A stretch of DNA of 64,000 bases from Rhodothermales bacterium (GCA_965116685.1 OZ220707.1:16714-80713), one strand, 5' to 3'; positions 41,840 through 51,409 are shown, counted from the first letter of the stretch. Notes: generated by a model from the letters alone, not told the origin. Numbers and translations are program-made.

Positions 41840-43434
41840 CAGGTTTCTCCTTTGATCATCGCTGCTCCTTTTTCACCGATCATGATAGAAGTAGCTTGTG
41901 TATTACCGCTAATTAAGCGAGGCATGATGGATGCATCAATCACACGCAGGGACTCAATCCCGTGAACAGAAAGTTGCAAATCTACAACAGCCTGCTCATC
42001 CGTTCCCATTTTACAGGATCCTACAGGGTGGTAATCATTTTTTGACCACTTTCGAATGTAGGTTTTGATGTCTTCATCACTTTGCGCTTCCGGGCCCGGT
42101 AGTATTTCCCGGGAGATATATTGTTGAAAAGAGGGGGCAGACAGGATGCGTCTTCCCCATTTGAATCCTTCCATTGATACCTTGAGATCATAGGGGTCAT
42201 CAAGAAAATTTGGATCAATGGCAGGGTCTTCCAATGGATCATTGCTGCGTAGCGTGAGAGATCCAACACTGCGTGGGCGCAGATTACAGGTATTGATCGT
42301 AAGACCGTGCCCTTTAATGGACATACGGCCATGATCGACTACATATGCAGGCAGGCAATGAATTTGGATGTCTGGAGAGCGAACCTCAGGAGAGCTCTTC
42401 AGGAAGCATCCGGCTTCGCATACCGATGCCGTGACCGGCCCCGTTTTATATAACAAATACTGGATGCCGTGCAAAATTGCACGGTTCCATTGGTCATGTC
42501 CGTTGTAGCTGACCGGCTCGTTGGATTCTGCTGCCAGGTACACATCCATATGGTCCTGGAAATTTTTTCCCACTCCCGGCAGATCATGCTCGACTTGAAT
42601 TCCAAGGGGTTTCAATTCATCTGCCGGCCCAATTCCGGAGAGCAATAGAAGCTTTGGAGAGTTTACCGCCCCTCCACTCAGGATGACCTCCCGTTCAGCA
42701 TGGACGCGGACTTTGGCTTTGTTTTTGGCATACTCAATTCCGATTGCCCGTCCATTCTCAAGAAGGATGCATGTTGCCACTGCACGGGTCAGGATCGTAA
42801 GATTGGTTTTTTGAGGCCGCAGGAATGCAGTGGCTGCACTTTCTCTGCGTACATTGCGCTGCGTCACCTGGTAATAGCTTACCCCCGACTGGCGGGCACC
42901 ATTCAAGTCGGGGTTATAACGGATTCCCATTTCCTGTGCTGATCGCACAAATGCGCGGGATAATGGGTTCGACTGTACCTGATCCGCCACATTGAGTGGG
43001 CCGCCACGCCCATGATATTCGTCGACAAACCGCTCGTTGTTTTCGGATTTTTTGAAATAGGGAAGGACATCATCATATCCCCATCCCTGGCAGCCCAGGT
43101 CACGCCATTCTTCATAATCCAGGCGGTGTCCTCGAATATAGATCATCGCGTTAATGGATGTGCTTCCACCGAGCGTCCGTCCTTGTGGATAGTGCATCTC
43201 ACGATGATTCAGGTGTTTTTGAGGGACGGTTTTGAAGCACCAATTCACATTTTTCCCCGTCAACTTGGCAAAGCCCGCCGGCATATGAATCAGGGGAGAC
43301 TTGTCTGGAGGGCCTGCTTCAAGCAATAATACCCGAATATTCGGATCTTCAGCAAGACGGTGAGCGATAACACATCCAGCTGCTCCCGCCCCCACGATTA
43401 CATAATCAAATGACTCGGTCAAGGTCTTCATCAA
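41839..43434 (-). CDS. GMC oxidoreductase, choline-dehydrogenase (BetA)-like
   Basis: FDYVIVGAGAAGCVIAHRL, GRTLGGSTSINAMIY, HPVGSCKMG, LRVIDASIMPRLISGNTQATSIMIGEK. Confidence 0.85.
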   Translation of the reverse strand: MMKTLTESFDYVIVGAGAAGCVIAHRLAEDPNIRVLLLEAGPPDKSPLIHMPAGFAKLTGKNVNWCFKTVPQKHLNHREMHYPQGRTLGGSTSINAMIYIRGHRLDYEEWRDLGCQGWGYDDVLPYFKKSENNERFVDEYHGRGGPLNVADQVQSNPLSRAFVRSAQEMGIRYNPDLNGARQSGVSYYQVTQRNVRRESAATAFLRPQKTNLTILTRAVATCILLENGRAIGIEYAKNKAKVRVHAEREVILSGGAVNSPKLLLLSGIGPADELKPLGIQVEHDLPGVGKNFQDHMDVYLAAESNEPVSYNGHDQWNRAILHGIQYLLYKTGPVTASVCEAGCFLKSSPEVRSPDIQIHCLPAYVVDHGRMSIKGHGLTINTCNLRPRSVGSLTLRSNDPLEDPAIDPNFLDDPYDLKVSMEGFKWGRRILSAPSFQQYISREILPGPEAQSDEDIKTYIRKWSKNDYHPVGSCKMGTDEQAVVDLQLSVHGIESLRVIDASIMPRLISGNTQATSIMIGEKGAAMIKGET

Positions 43435-44189
43435 TCCCCTTTATACTCTGGATCTCTTCGCTCCAAGAAGCTATTCACGCCTTCCTGTCCATCGTTTGTA
43501 TATGCACTGAGGGAGCCAGCGATGGATTCAAGAGGAGCACAATCCCCATCCAGCATCTGTTTTGCGATTTGTACAGCGACAGGAGCATTCTTGGCAACCG
43601 CCCCGGCCAACTCGTCGCACGCAGAGGAGAGCTTATCTAATGGACATATCTCGGTTACCAGCCCCCAGGCTAATGCTGTTTGTGCGTCAATGGGGCTGCC
43701 TGTCAGGACCATTGCCTTGGCCCGGGCAATGCCGATGATTTTGGATAACCGCGCGGTACCGCCCCATCCGGGGACCGTCGCAATTTTCACTTCCGGCATT
43801 GCAAAGGAGGCATTGCTTGCGGCAATACGGATATCACATGCCAGAGCGAGTTCGAGTCCTCCACCGAATGCGTAGCCATTGAGGAGGGCAATCACCGGTG
43901 GTCGCAGATTTGCCAGCCGTTGCAGAATACGTTGCCCCCTCGGAATCCACTGGTTCCACATTCCAAGTGCATTTAACGCTGCCCACGCTTTGATATCCGC
44001 CCCGGCACAGAAAGCTTTTTCTCCTGTACCTGTGAGAATGACTACGCGAAGGTCGTTGTTTGACTCAAGGGTTGCAAGATGAGTATCAAGTGTTTCCAGC
44101 ATCGAAGGATCAATCGCATTGCGTTTTTCCGGGCGATTGAGAGTCAATGTTGCTAGGTGCCCTGTAATTTCAAGTTCAACGTGACTCAT
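43431..44189 (-). CDS. Enoyl-CoA hydratase/isomerase (crotonase) family protein
   Basis: LTLNRPEKRNA, FCAGADIKAW, ALLNGYAFGGGLELALACDIRIA. Confidence 0.85.
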   Translation of the reverse strand: MSHVELEITGHLATLTLNRPEKRNAIDPSMLETLDTHLATLESNNDLRVVILTGTGEKAFCAGADIKAWAALNALGMWNQWIPRGQRILQRLANLRPPVIALLNGYAFGGGLELALACDIRIAASNASFAMPEVKIATVPGWGGTARLSKIIGIARAKAMVLTGSPIDAQTALAWGLVTEICPLDKLSSACDELAGAVAKNAPVAVQIAKQMLDGDCAPLESIAGSLSAYTNDGQEGVNSFLERRDPEYKGD

Positions 44190-45769
44190 TTTTTGGAGGG
44201 TAGTTGAAGGTTCATTGATCCGGGGTCGAAGAGCCGCTTATCCATGACTTGCAAGGACGAACTCACTTGAAGGTTCAAACTGGTTTGTCCAAGCACATCG
44301 CGTTCCAGGTTAATTCCAGGTGCAATTTCAATGACAGTTAACCCCTCAGGCAATAGCTGCAGTACGCACCGCTCCGTAATATAGGTGATCTTCTGTCCTA
44401 AACGGAGGGCACGGCTCCCACTAAAGGAAACGTGTTCCACTTCAGGTACGAGCTTTTGTACTTTGCCTTCTTGAAGAATCTTTACCTGACCTTCTTCAAT
44501 TGCAAGCCGAAGTCCGCCAGTTGTATAAGTCCCAATAAATACAAGATGACGCGCATTGGCGGTGATATCAATGAATCCTCCCACACCTGCTGTGACATGT
44601 GGGCGAGCGGCTAGGCGTGAGACATTGACACATCCATGCTGATCAATTTGCATAAAGGACAAAAAGCTGCGATCAAATCCTCCACCCTGGAAATACGTGA
44701 ACTGATCGGGCGATCCAAGAATCGCCTGAGCACCGGATGCACAGCCAAACTGAAAATCCAGAAGTGGCATCCCTCCAACAGCCCCTTGTTCAATCACCCA
44801 GGTCACAGCATCCGACAGCCCTTCCTCTAGAAGAATACGGGGAACTTGTGCAGATACGCCAAACCCCAGATTAACCGCATCTTTTTGGCATAACTCCATG
44901 GCCGCGCGGCGGGCCATGGGTTTATAGGGCCCCCAGGGCATGAGGTCATAAATTTTTCCATCGGGGGAGAGTTCTCCACTGATGGTCGGATCATATTCTG
45001 TATTCGTGGTCTGCATCTGATCTGGCGCAGTGACCACATAGTCAACTACAACTCCGGGTACCCGGACATCCTGGGGTTTGAGTTCGCCTGATTTCACGAC
45101 ACGTTTGACCTGCGCGATGACAATTCCGCCATTATTATGGGCAGCCAGCGCCTGATCATAAATGCCTAAGCTGCTTCCCTCGTGTTCAGTAGTGATGTTG
45201 CCATGCTCATCGGCGGTGGTTCCACGGATCAGTGCGACATCAACGGGGATTGAGGGATAGAACAGCCACTCATCTCCCTCAAACGTAACCCTCTTCACGA
45301 CCTCTGGAGGGCTACAGTCATTCATGCATCCACCTAGAAGGCGAGGATCCACAAAGGTATCCATGCCAACCTTTGTCAGGACTCCGGGTCTGTGCGCCGC
45401 CGCTTCACGGTGCATGTGATACAAGACTCCACTGGGCAGGTTATAAGCTTCCACGCGGTTTTCACCGATCATCTGCCAGATTTTGGGGGAGGGCATGGAT
45501 GAGGGGCCACTTGGTAGAGAGCCGGCAATGACACGTTTGAGGAGCCCATCATGGGCGAGGTGATCAATCCCGGCAATGCCATACATATCTCCGGCAGCGA
45601 TCGGGTGCAGCGTTGTCAGTCTTCTTGGATGCCCTGAATGAGCAAAGCGTTGACCAATTGCGGCCAGCGTTGCATCTGGACAGCCCAGGCCGCTTGATGC
45701 GCTGACTGTCAGGACTGCATCATCATGAATTTGTTCGGCAGCAGCGGCCAATGAACAGAACTCAGGCAT
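44186..45769 (-). CDS. Family I CoA-transferase, fused alpha/beta (acyl-CoA:acetate/3-ketoacid type, YdiF-like)
   Basis: 527 aa with GGIVIAQVKR and TAGVGGFIDIT motifs. Length fits fused-subunit enzymes. Confidence 0.75.
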   Translation of the reverse strand: MPEFCSLAAAAEQIHDDAVLTVSASSGLGCPDATLAAIGQRFAHSGHPRRLTTLHPIAAGDMYGIAGIDHLAHDGLLKRVIAGSLPSGPSSMPSPKIWQMIGENRVEAYNLPSGVLYHMHREAAAHRPGVLTKVGMDTFVDPRLLGGCMNDCSPPEVVKRVTFEGDEWLFYPSIPVDVALIRGTTADEHGNITTEHEGSSLGIYDQALAAHNNGGIVIAQVKRVVKSGELKPQDVRVPGVVVDYVVTAPDQMQTTNTEYDPTISGELSPDGKIYDLMPWGPYKPMARRAAMELCQKDAVNLGFGVSAQVPRILLEEGLSDAVTWVIEQGAVGGMPLLDFQFGCASGAQAILGSPDQFTYFQGGGFDRSFLSFMQIDQHGCVNVSRLAARPHVTAGVGGFIDITANARHLVFIGTYTTGGLRLAIEEGQVKILQEGKVQKLVPEVEHVSFSGSRALRLGQKITYITERCVLQLLPEGLTVIEIAPGINLERDVLGQTSLNLQVSSSLQVMDKRLFDPGSMNLQLPSKK

Positions 45770-46766
45770 AGCTTAGCGTAACTTGTTTGCCTGTCTGTGC
45801 CGATTGTTGAACTGCCAGTGCAACTGCAAGCGAGCGAAGCCCATCTTCAGCGGTAGCCGCTGGCTCGCCAACTCCCTGAACTGCACGATTAAAACATTCG
45901 ACCGCCCGCTCGTACAGGTTTACAGGAGGCGGGAGCTCGACTTTTTCCACTTGATTCCCTCTACGGAGGGAGATTCTCCCGATGGGTTGCTGGGTCATGA
46001 CATCCTTGGCAATCAGGGACGCATCGGTGCCATGGACTTCTAGCCCTGTTCCGGCGTGACCAATCACAAATGAATCATGAAATTGTGCAAGGATGCCACG
46101 CTCAAAACGCATCACACCCATCACTGTATCATCAATTCCATGTTTTCCAAGGCCTTGGGAAGAGGTACAAGCCATGACGGATTCCACTTCATCGTTCAGG
46201 ATGAATCGAAGTGTGTCCGTATCATGGACAGTGATATCCAAAACCACCCCGGCCCCGGTTGAGGGGTCCTTGATTCGCCACGTTTGCAGATGTGGGGGTA
46301 GGAGGACGGCATGAAACACCCGAACTGCCAGGGGATCTCCGATCACGCCATCCTGAATAAGTTTGCGGAGTGTGCGGTGAGTAACTGCATTCCGGAGATG
46401 GTGATTGGTCCCCATGACGAGGCCAGCTTTTGAGCAGGCATGTACCATTTGCTTTGCATCTGCGAGTGAGAGTGCAAGAGGCTTTTCGCAAAGGACATGT
46501 TTTTGGGCAGCAGCAGCAGCAAGGGTTTGTGGCTTATGCAATTCATTCGTGGTGCTGACGTAGACAACATCAATGTCTGGATTTGCAAGAAATGCATCAA
46601 GCTCCGTATAGATGTGCTGAATTCCAAACTGATCTTGGAAACTTTCTCCCCGCTGTTGAGATCGGCTCAGAATCGCCGTTACCTGGCTGTTGGGGCTTGC
46701 GTTAATGGCATTGATCATCCATTCCTTTGCAATCGTACTTGCGCCTATAATTCCCCAGTTAATCAT
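45762..46766 (-). CDS. Gfo/Idh/MocA oxidoreductase, 1,5-anhydro-D-fructose reductase-like
   Basis: WGIIGASTIAKEW, VYVSTTNELH, KHVLCEKPLA, GTNHHLRN, RVFHAVLLPPHLQTWR and VLDITVHDTDTLRF parallel the Sinorhizobium AFR sequence as I recall it. Needs a real alignment. Confidence 0.7.
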   Translation of the reverse strand: MINWGIIGASTIAKEWMINAINASPNSQVTAILSRSQQRGESFQDQFGIQHIYTELDAFLANPDIDVVYVSTTNELHKPQTLAAAAAQKHVLCEKPLALSLADAKQMVHACSKAGLVMGTNHHLRNAVTHRTLRKLIQDGVIGDPLAVRVFHAVLLPPHLQTWRIKDPSTGAGVVLDITVHDTDTLRFILNDEVESVMACTSSQGLGKHGIDDTVMGVMRFERGILAQFHDSFVIGHAGTGLEVHGTDASLIAKDVMTQQPIGRISLRRGNQVEKVELPPPVNLYERAVECFNRAVQGVGEPAATAEDGLRSLAVALAVQQSAQTGKQVTLSYA

Positions 46767-46910
46767 AATTCTGAATCGGATCGTCTATGAACGTAAGCAA
46801 ATTTAACTAGTCCGTTGGAATTAACCTACTTGGGTATTTGGTCTGGTCAGGTGTATCCAAATGCCTAATCTACTTCAAGTAATGTGTCCGTCTAGAAGAT
46901 TCCACAGGGT

Positions 46911-48079
46911 ACTAGTGTAGTGTATCATTAATTCTTGTGTAGTAAGTTTTGATGGATTCCAGAATTTGGTCGGCAGATTTGGTCCAAATAAAGGGCTTGG
47001 GATCCTCGTTGTAGATTTTCAGATAGTCTTCAATTGCAGTTTCCAGTTCTCGGGTACTGCGATGCGTTCCCCGCCGTATTTGGTCATTGGTGATCATGGC
47101 AAACCAGCGTTCAACAAGATTCAGCCAGGAGGAACTGGTTGGCGTAAAATGAAGATGAAATCGTGGGCGCCGAAGCAGCCAGTTATGGATCAGCGCCGTT
47201 TTATGGGTGCTGTAGTTGTCCAACACGATATGGACCTCGGTGTCTTTTGGAACCGACCGGTCGATGACGCGCAAGAATTTGAGGAATTCGGTGGAGCGAT
47301 GTCGCCGGTAACAACGTCCGATCACTTCACCGGTAGCCACATTGAGCGCCGCAAACAGGGACGTTGTCCCACAGCGTTTATAGTCATGAGTACGACGTTC
47401 TGGCAACCCTGGCCGAAGGGGCAGGATGGGTTCGGTGCGATCCAAGGCCTGGATTTGGGATTTTTCATCGACACACAGCACCACGGCCCGCTCGGGCGGC
47501 GACAGGTATAACCCTACAATATCGCGCACCTTTTCAATGAACAGCGGATCCTTGGATAGCTTAAAGGTCTCAACCCGGTGCGGCTTGAGTCCAAAAGCAC
47601 GCCAGATTCGGCTAACGGTGCTCGTGCTTACGCCGCTGGCCTCTGACATCTTGCGTGTGCTCCAGTGCGTCGCATGGCGCGGCGTAGATTCCAGCGTCTT
47701 CGTGATTACCTGCTCCACTACTTCATCCGACACCGTCCGTGGTTTACCCGGACGCTGCAAGTCAATCAGCCCATCACAACGACGTTCCAAAAAGCGCCTT
47801 CGCCATTTGCCCGCGGTGATCCGGGACGTCCCCAGTGTCTCCGCGACGGTCTGATCACTGTGCCCCTCGGATGACTCAAGGATGATCCGAGCGCGCAAAG
47901 CGAGAGCCTGTGCAGTGTTTGGCCGGCGGATCCAACGTTCCAGTTCTGCTCGTTCTGAATCACTCAGCACGGGAATTTCACGAGTATAACGGTTTGGCAT
48001 CGGGGGTTCGCTTTTGACTTGAACCCAATATACAACAAAATATGTTACTGATAAAGCATTAACGATACACTACACTAGT
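46911..48079 (-). mobile_element. IS630-family insertion sequence, 1169 bp
   Basis: 22-bp terminal inverted repeats ACTAGTGTAGTGTATC(A/G)TTAAT (21/22 identical) at 46911-46932 and 48058-48079. The transposase stop codon lies inside the left repeat. Confidence 0.88.
46912..48000 (-). CDS. IS630-family DDE transposase
   Basis: N-terminal HTH ([16 protein letters not shown]...RARIIL), [38 protein letters not shown]. Confidence 0.9.
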   Translation of the reverse strand: MPNRYTREIPVLSDSERAELERWIRRPNTAQALALRARIILESSEGHSDQTVAETLGTSRITAGKWRRRFLERRCDGLIDLQRPGKPRTVSDEVVEQVITKTLESTPRHATHWSTRKMSEASGVSTSTVSRIWRAFGLKPHRVETFKLSKDPLFIEKVRDIVGLYLSPPERAVVLCVDEKSQIQALDRTEPILPLRPGLPERRTHDYKRCGTTSLFAALNVATGEVIGRCYRRHRSTEFLKFLRVIDRSVPKDTEVHIVLDNYSTHKTALIHNWLLRRPRFHLHFTPTSSSWLNLVERWFAMITNDQIRRGTHRSTRELETAIEDYLKIYNEDPKPFIWTKSADQILESIKTYYTRINDTLH

Positions 48080-48725
48080 TCAAGGCTCGATGTGACCTCA
48101 GGTAATACGACACTGACAGGACATATATTTCTGGAGCTTGCTGTCAGGCAACCGCATCAAACAAGCCCGCCACTTCCAGGTGGAGAAACTTATAGTTCTA
48201 GGAATGGATACTGGATTATTGGTGACGATGCGCTGGTGAATTCTCCCGATTTCCGAGATGATCCACAAACGACCAAAAAGCTAAAACAACTTTGAAGCTG
48301 GTGAGGATATCAAAGGAGAGTGACCCCAGAAGTACTTATCTGCTCCAGTCTATATCACCTCTCAACTGATCTTGTTTGTGTTGAGCAATCTGGACTGCGG
48401 AGAGCCAGAAATGGGGTGATATGGCAAAATCTATTCTATCTACCTAATCCAACTCCTCAAGTGCAGCGTCATTAAACTACAGATCTCCGGCATTCTCGTT
48501 TGTGGAGGGAATTATACGTTTGAGCCCATAAAATTCATGATGAATAATATGGGTAAATTTCGTCTGGGGGAGAGTTGTCTAGGTAAAAAATATACAGAGA
48601 GTTGGAACATTGTCAGTGGTTTTCCGTATATTTGATATCGTTGCCCGTTCTATTGGGCAACCTACTAGGGGGCCCCTGAGGGGGCCCTTGCTATTTGTCC
48701 ATTTCTTTCCTGTCGACGCACCGAT

Positions 48726-48900
48726 AAAGACGGCAACACGGCCCATACGGACAAAATAGTTAAGGATGGCCCCGGCAGAGGTTTCCCTTAATTTTGTTTG
48801 AGCCTCTCTATATCAAGGCCCTCTTTATGTCGTCCAACGGAATAACAGGGCGGGACAATACAACTTGTGCGTATGTCCAATAAGATGTTCCCGACGATTC
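48726..48900 (-). repeat. Degenerate second copy of the NYN-gene 5' module (promoter region + one hairpin unit + first 7 codons)
   Basis: Aligns with 49745-49985. The offset is 1019 bp at one end and 1085 bp at the other, a difference of 66 bp (two 33-bp units). Its ATG GGC CGT GTT GCC GTC TTT then diverges from the NYN sequence. Confidence 0.7.
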
Positions 48901-48955
48901 AAATTTAGAGCAACTCGCTCTACTCAATAGACGCTTTCGATAGACTTGAATCTAT

Positions 48956-49765
48956 TTACTTGATAGACTCAGGGTTTTTAGCTTTTCTGGCCTCGAGATG
49001 GGAGATAAAGGCATTTAATACCTCCTTTATCTGATCTTCGCCCAGCACTTTTTTCATTATGATTGAGCGTCCCCAGTGCATGAGCTGCCTGAAATATTCT
49101 GGCGGAATACGTTGATGCGCTCCTAAATTGCTTAGAATTTCTGAGACTTCCCCTTCGGGGACTCGGTTGGCTACTTTTATGCCAACTTCATTAAGAGAAG
49201 TGATGTTAGATGGCAGCTTTTTAGGGAAGGTCTGCACCCTGGAAAGGAATGATTTTATATCTGAGGATTTCCACTCATGAGTGATGTCGACTTCTTGGCG
49301 AAGGAGGTTCGATTGGCTCTTTTTGGCTGGTCTAATTCCCAAGAGATGAACCCGCACTCCTTGTTGCTGTGTCAACTGGACACCGACTCTTAGATCCTCA
49401 TCCCCTGCAAGCAAGACACACGAAACCATAGCTTTGTTTTGTGCGAGCGTGACCATATCCGTCACAATGAGAGAGTCAACCCCCTTTTGCTGGTTAAAGG
49501 AATTGATGAATCCAAGTCTCATTTTGACGTTTGGAAGCTCAGCTAACTCAATATGTTGTTGTGTTGGTTTTCCCGTAGTGCCATCATACCAATAGATTCT
49601 TAGCAAGTTAAGCCCCGTATTATCTTCCGCAAACATTTTCAACTTCGCGGTAACAGAAAGAGAGGCAAGCCTCACATGGTTACGAGGCAAATTTTCGCCA
49701 AATAATTCTTTGGATCCTTGGGCAAAAAGGTAACCAGCATCAACAAAGACGGCAACACGGCCCAT
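48956..49765 (-). CDS. NYN/LabA-like (PIN-related) domain protein
   Basis: MGRVAVFVDAGYLF...RIYWYDG...KGVDSLIVTDM...VLLAGDEDL follows the LabA/NYN pattern. The start is placed at 49765 because family members begin at M.RVAVF.D. The ORF track extends it to 50074. Confidence 0.75.
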   Translation of the reverse strand: MGRVAVFVDAGYLFAQGSKELFGENLPRNHVRLASLSVTAKLKMFAEDNTGLNLLRIYWYDGTTGKPTQQHIELAELPNVKMRLGFINSFNQQKGVDSLIVTDMVTLAQNKAMVSCVLLAGDEDLRVGVQLTQQQGVRVHLLGIRPAKKSQSNLLRQEVDITHEWKSSDIKSFLSRVQTFPKKLPSNITSLNEVGIKVANRVPEGEVSEILSNLGAHQRIPPEYFRQLMHWGRSIIMKKVLGEDQIKEVLNAFISHLEARKAKNPESIK

Positions 49766-49817
49766 ACGGATAAAATAATCAAGGGGGACCTCGGCAGAGA
49801 TCCCCCCTCCTTTTGTT

Positions 49818-49916
49818 TGGGCCTCTCTACATGGAGGCCCCCTTTGTGTTTGGGCCTCTCTACACGGAGGCCCCCTTTGTGTTTGGGCCTCTCTATACGG
49901 AGGCCCCCTTTGTGTT
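49818..49916. repeat. Three tandem 33-bp repeats, each a GGGCCTC-N8-GAGGCCC hairpin
   Basis: Units at 49818-49850, 49851-49883 and 49884-49916 (TGGGCCTCTCTACAYGGAGGCCCCCTTTGTGTT) differ at 1-2 positions. They lie 53-151 nt upstream of the NYN start codon. Confidence 0.9.
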
Positions 49917-50649
49917 GTCCAACGCAGTAGTAAGGCGGGACAACACGATTTGTACGTATGTCTAATAAAATGTTCCCGACAATTTATCACTCCGAAATGT
50001 GCTACTCTGCACGAGAAATGGATTCCGTCATTATCAGCACAAAACTCTAATCTGACCGCGGCAGAGTATAACAATTCCGTACTCTATTGTGGCACAGAAC
50101 GCAAGGCCGTTATGTCCACATGCATCTTGATCATCCCAATAGTCTTATCAGTACAGCATATGCCTATTTCTTGCCGGATTCAGGATCTATACGCAGCATA
50201 TTCCATTCATTATCTCCAGTAACCTAGAGGTTCTTGCAAAACTCTTCTACAATCCGCATAATATGCCCGTAGACGCCATCAGAGTAATATTTTTATCCAA
50301 ATGAGAGGGTTTTGCAAGAGGTTCACCTAGTTATTAATTGTCTAGGTTGGCTGTGTTCTTATCGATTCAATGTTTTCGGTTAACTTCATTTCTGAATGCT
50401 GGTCTTGAGGACTGGATGCATTCGGTCCCGCTTCGTGCGCTGTCCCTTTAAGAAAATTCGGGCCCCGGTCCAGAATGGTTGACGGGAACATGAATGTTGG
50501 ATAAAGACAATGGCATTGCGAGTATAAGCGTCTACTTCGCAGTTGTGTTAATTGCGAAACAAGGCCTGTAGATAAGTTTGTCGGGTTCTGATTCGCTTTC
50601 TTAGATATTCCTGCGAGGCACAATCCAAGCATCTTTCCTGGAAACACAT

Positions 50650-51399
50650 ATGAACATTGCCGTTTGTGTGAAACAGACCGCTGATACCGAGTCAAGGCCG
50701 AGACTGAGTGCTGATCAGTCCCATGTGACGGATGAAGGGTTAGTTTGGATTATTAATCCTCATGATGAGTCTGCCATTGAAATAGCTATCCGGCTGCGGG
50801 ATCAGTGCGGAGGTTCAGTTACGCTGATTGCCCTTGGGCCTGATCGGGTAGAAAGCTCTCTGAGACAGGGCTTGGCGATGGGGGCGGATCAGGCCGTCCA
50901 TCTTCAGTGTGATGCAATGCCGGATGATTCATTCATTGTGGCAGATATACTTGCAGGCCGTATTCGAGAACATGGTTTTGACTTGGTTATGACGGGGGAG
51001 GTTGCGATTGATGGGGCAGGGGGACAGGTACCTCAGAGGCTGGGAATCCTGCTTGACTGGCCGTGTGTGACGGGTGTAGAGGAGTTGAACATCGACTCCG
51101 GGGAATTGACGGCCAGGCATCCGGTTGAGCAGGGCGACGAAATTCATACATGTAAGCTTCCTGTGGTGATCGGAGTGAATCGGCGGATTGGTGAACCGCG
51201 GTATCCATCCTTCAAGGGTATCATGAAAGCAAAGCGGAAGTCAATTGAGAAAGAGGTAGTTACGCTGGAGTCTGCTCAACTCCATATTGAATCGTTGGAA
51301 TTGTCCGCATCACGGTCAGAAGGTAAGATCCTGGTTTACGAAGATGGGGTAGCAGCCGAAGTCGTGACTTTTTTGCGTGAAAAGTCGAAGGTTATCTGA
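50650..51399 (+). CDS. etfB: Electron transfer flavoprotein, beta subunit
   Basis: MNIAVCVKQ..D, INPHDESAIE, VMTGEVAIDG, PRYPSFKGIMKAKRK. Confidence 0.88.
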   Translation: MNIAVCVKQTADTESRPRLSADQSHVTDEGLVWIINPHDESAIEIAIRLRDQCGGSVTLIALGPDRVESSLRQGLAMGADQAVHLQCDAMPDDSFIVADILAGRIREHGFDLVMTGEVAIDGAGGQVPQRLGILLDWPCVTGVEELNIDSGELTARHPVEQGDEIHTCKLPVVIGVNRRIGEPRYPSFKGIMKAKRKSIEKEVVTLESAQLHIESLELSASRSEGKILVYEDGVAAEVVTFLREKSKVI

Positions 51400-51409
51400 G
51401 GAAATAGGC

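Noticed and set aside
48004-48028. The GGGTTC...GAACCC hairpin as a possible tRNA T-arm or island attachment site.
   Set aside because: It lies inside the IS630 leader between the transposase start and the right inverted repeat. No cloverleaf can be built. I saw no tRNA or integrase gene anywhere near the 10.9-31 kb mosaic.
48092-48295. A 67-aa ORF in the 0.9-kb gap between the IS630 element and the NYN gene.
   Set aside because: It has no ribosome-binding context or family signature. The region looks like degraded remnant DNA, so it is left unannotated.
49818-49916. Possible CRISPR array.
   Set aside because: The repeats are directly adjacent with no spacers, there are only three units, and no cas genes are nearby.
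49766-50074. The 372-aa version of the NYN ORF, with an N-terminal QRGPPCREAQT x3 extension.
   Set aside because: The family-typical start MGRVAVFVDAGY is internal. The extension is cysteine- and arginine-rich with no recognisable fold, and its periodicity comes from DNA-level 33-bp hairpin repeats. It is kept as an open question in the findings, not annotated as CDS.
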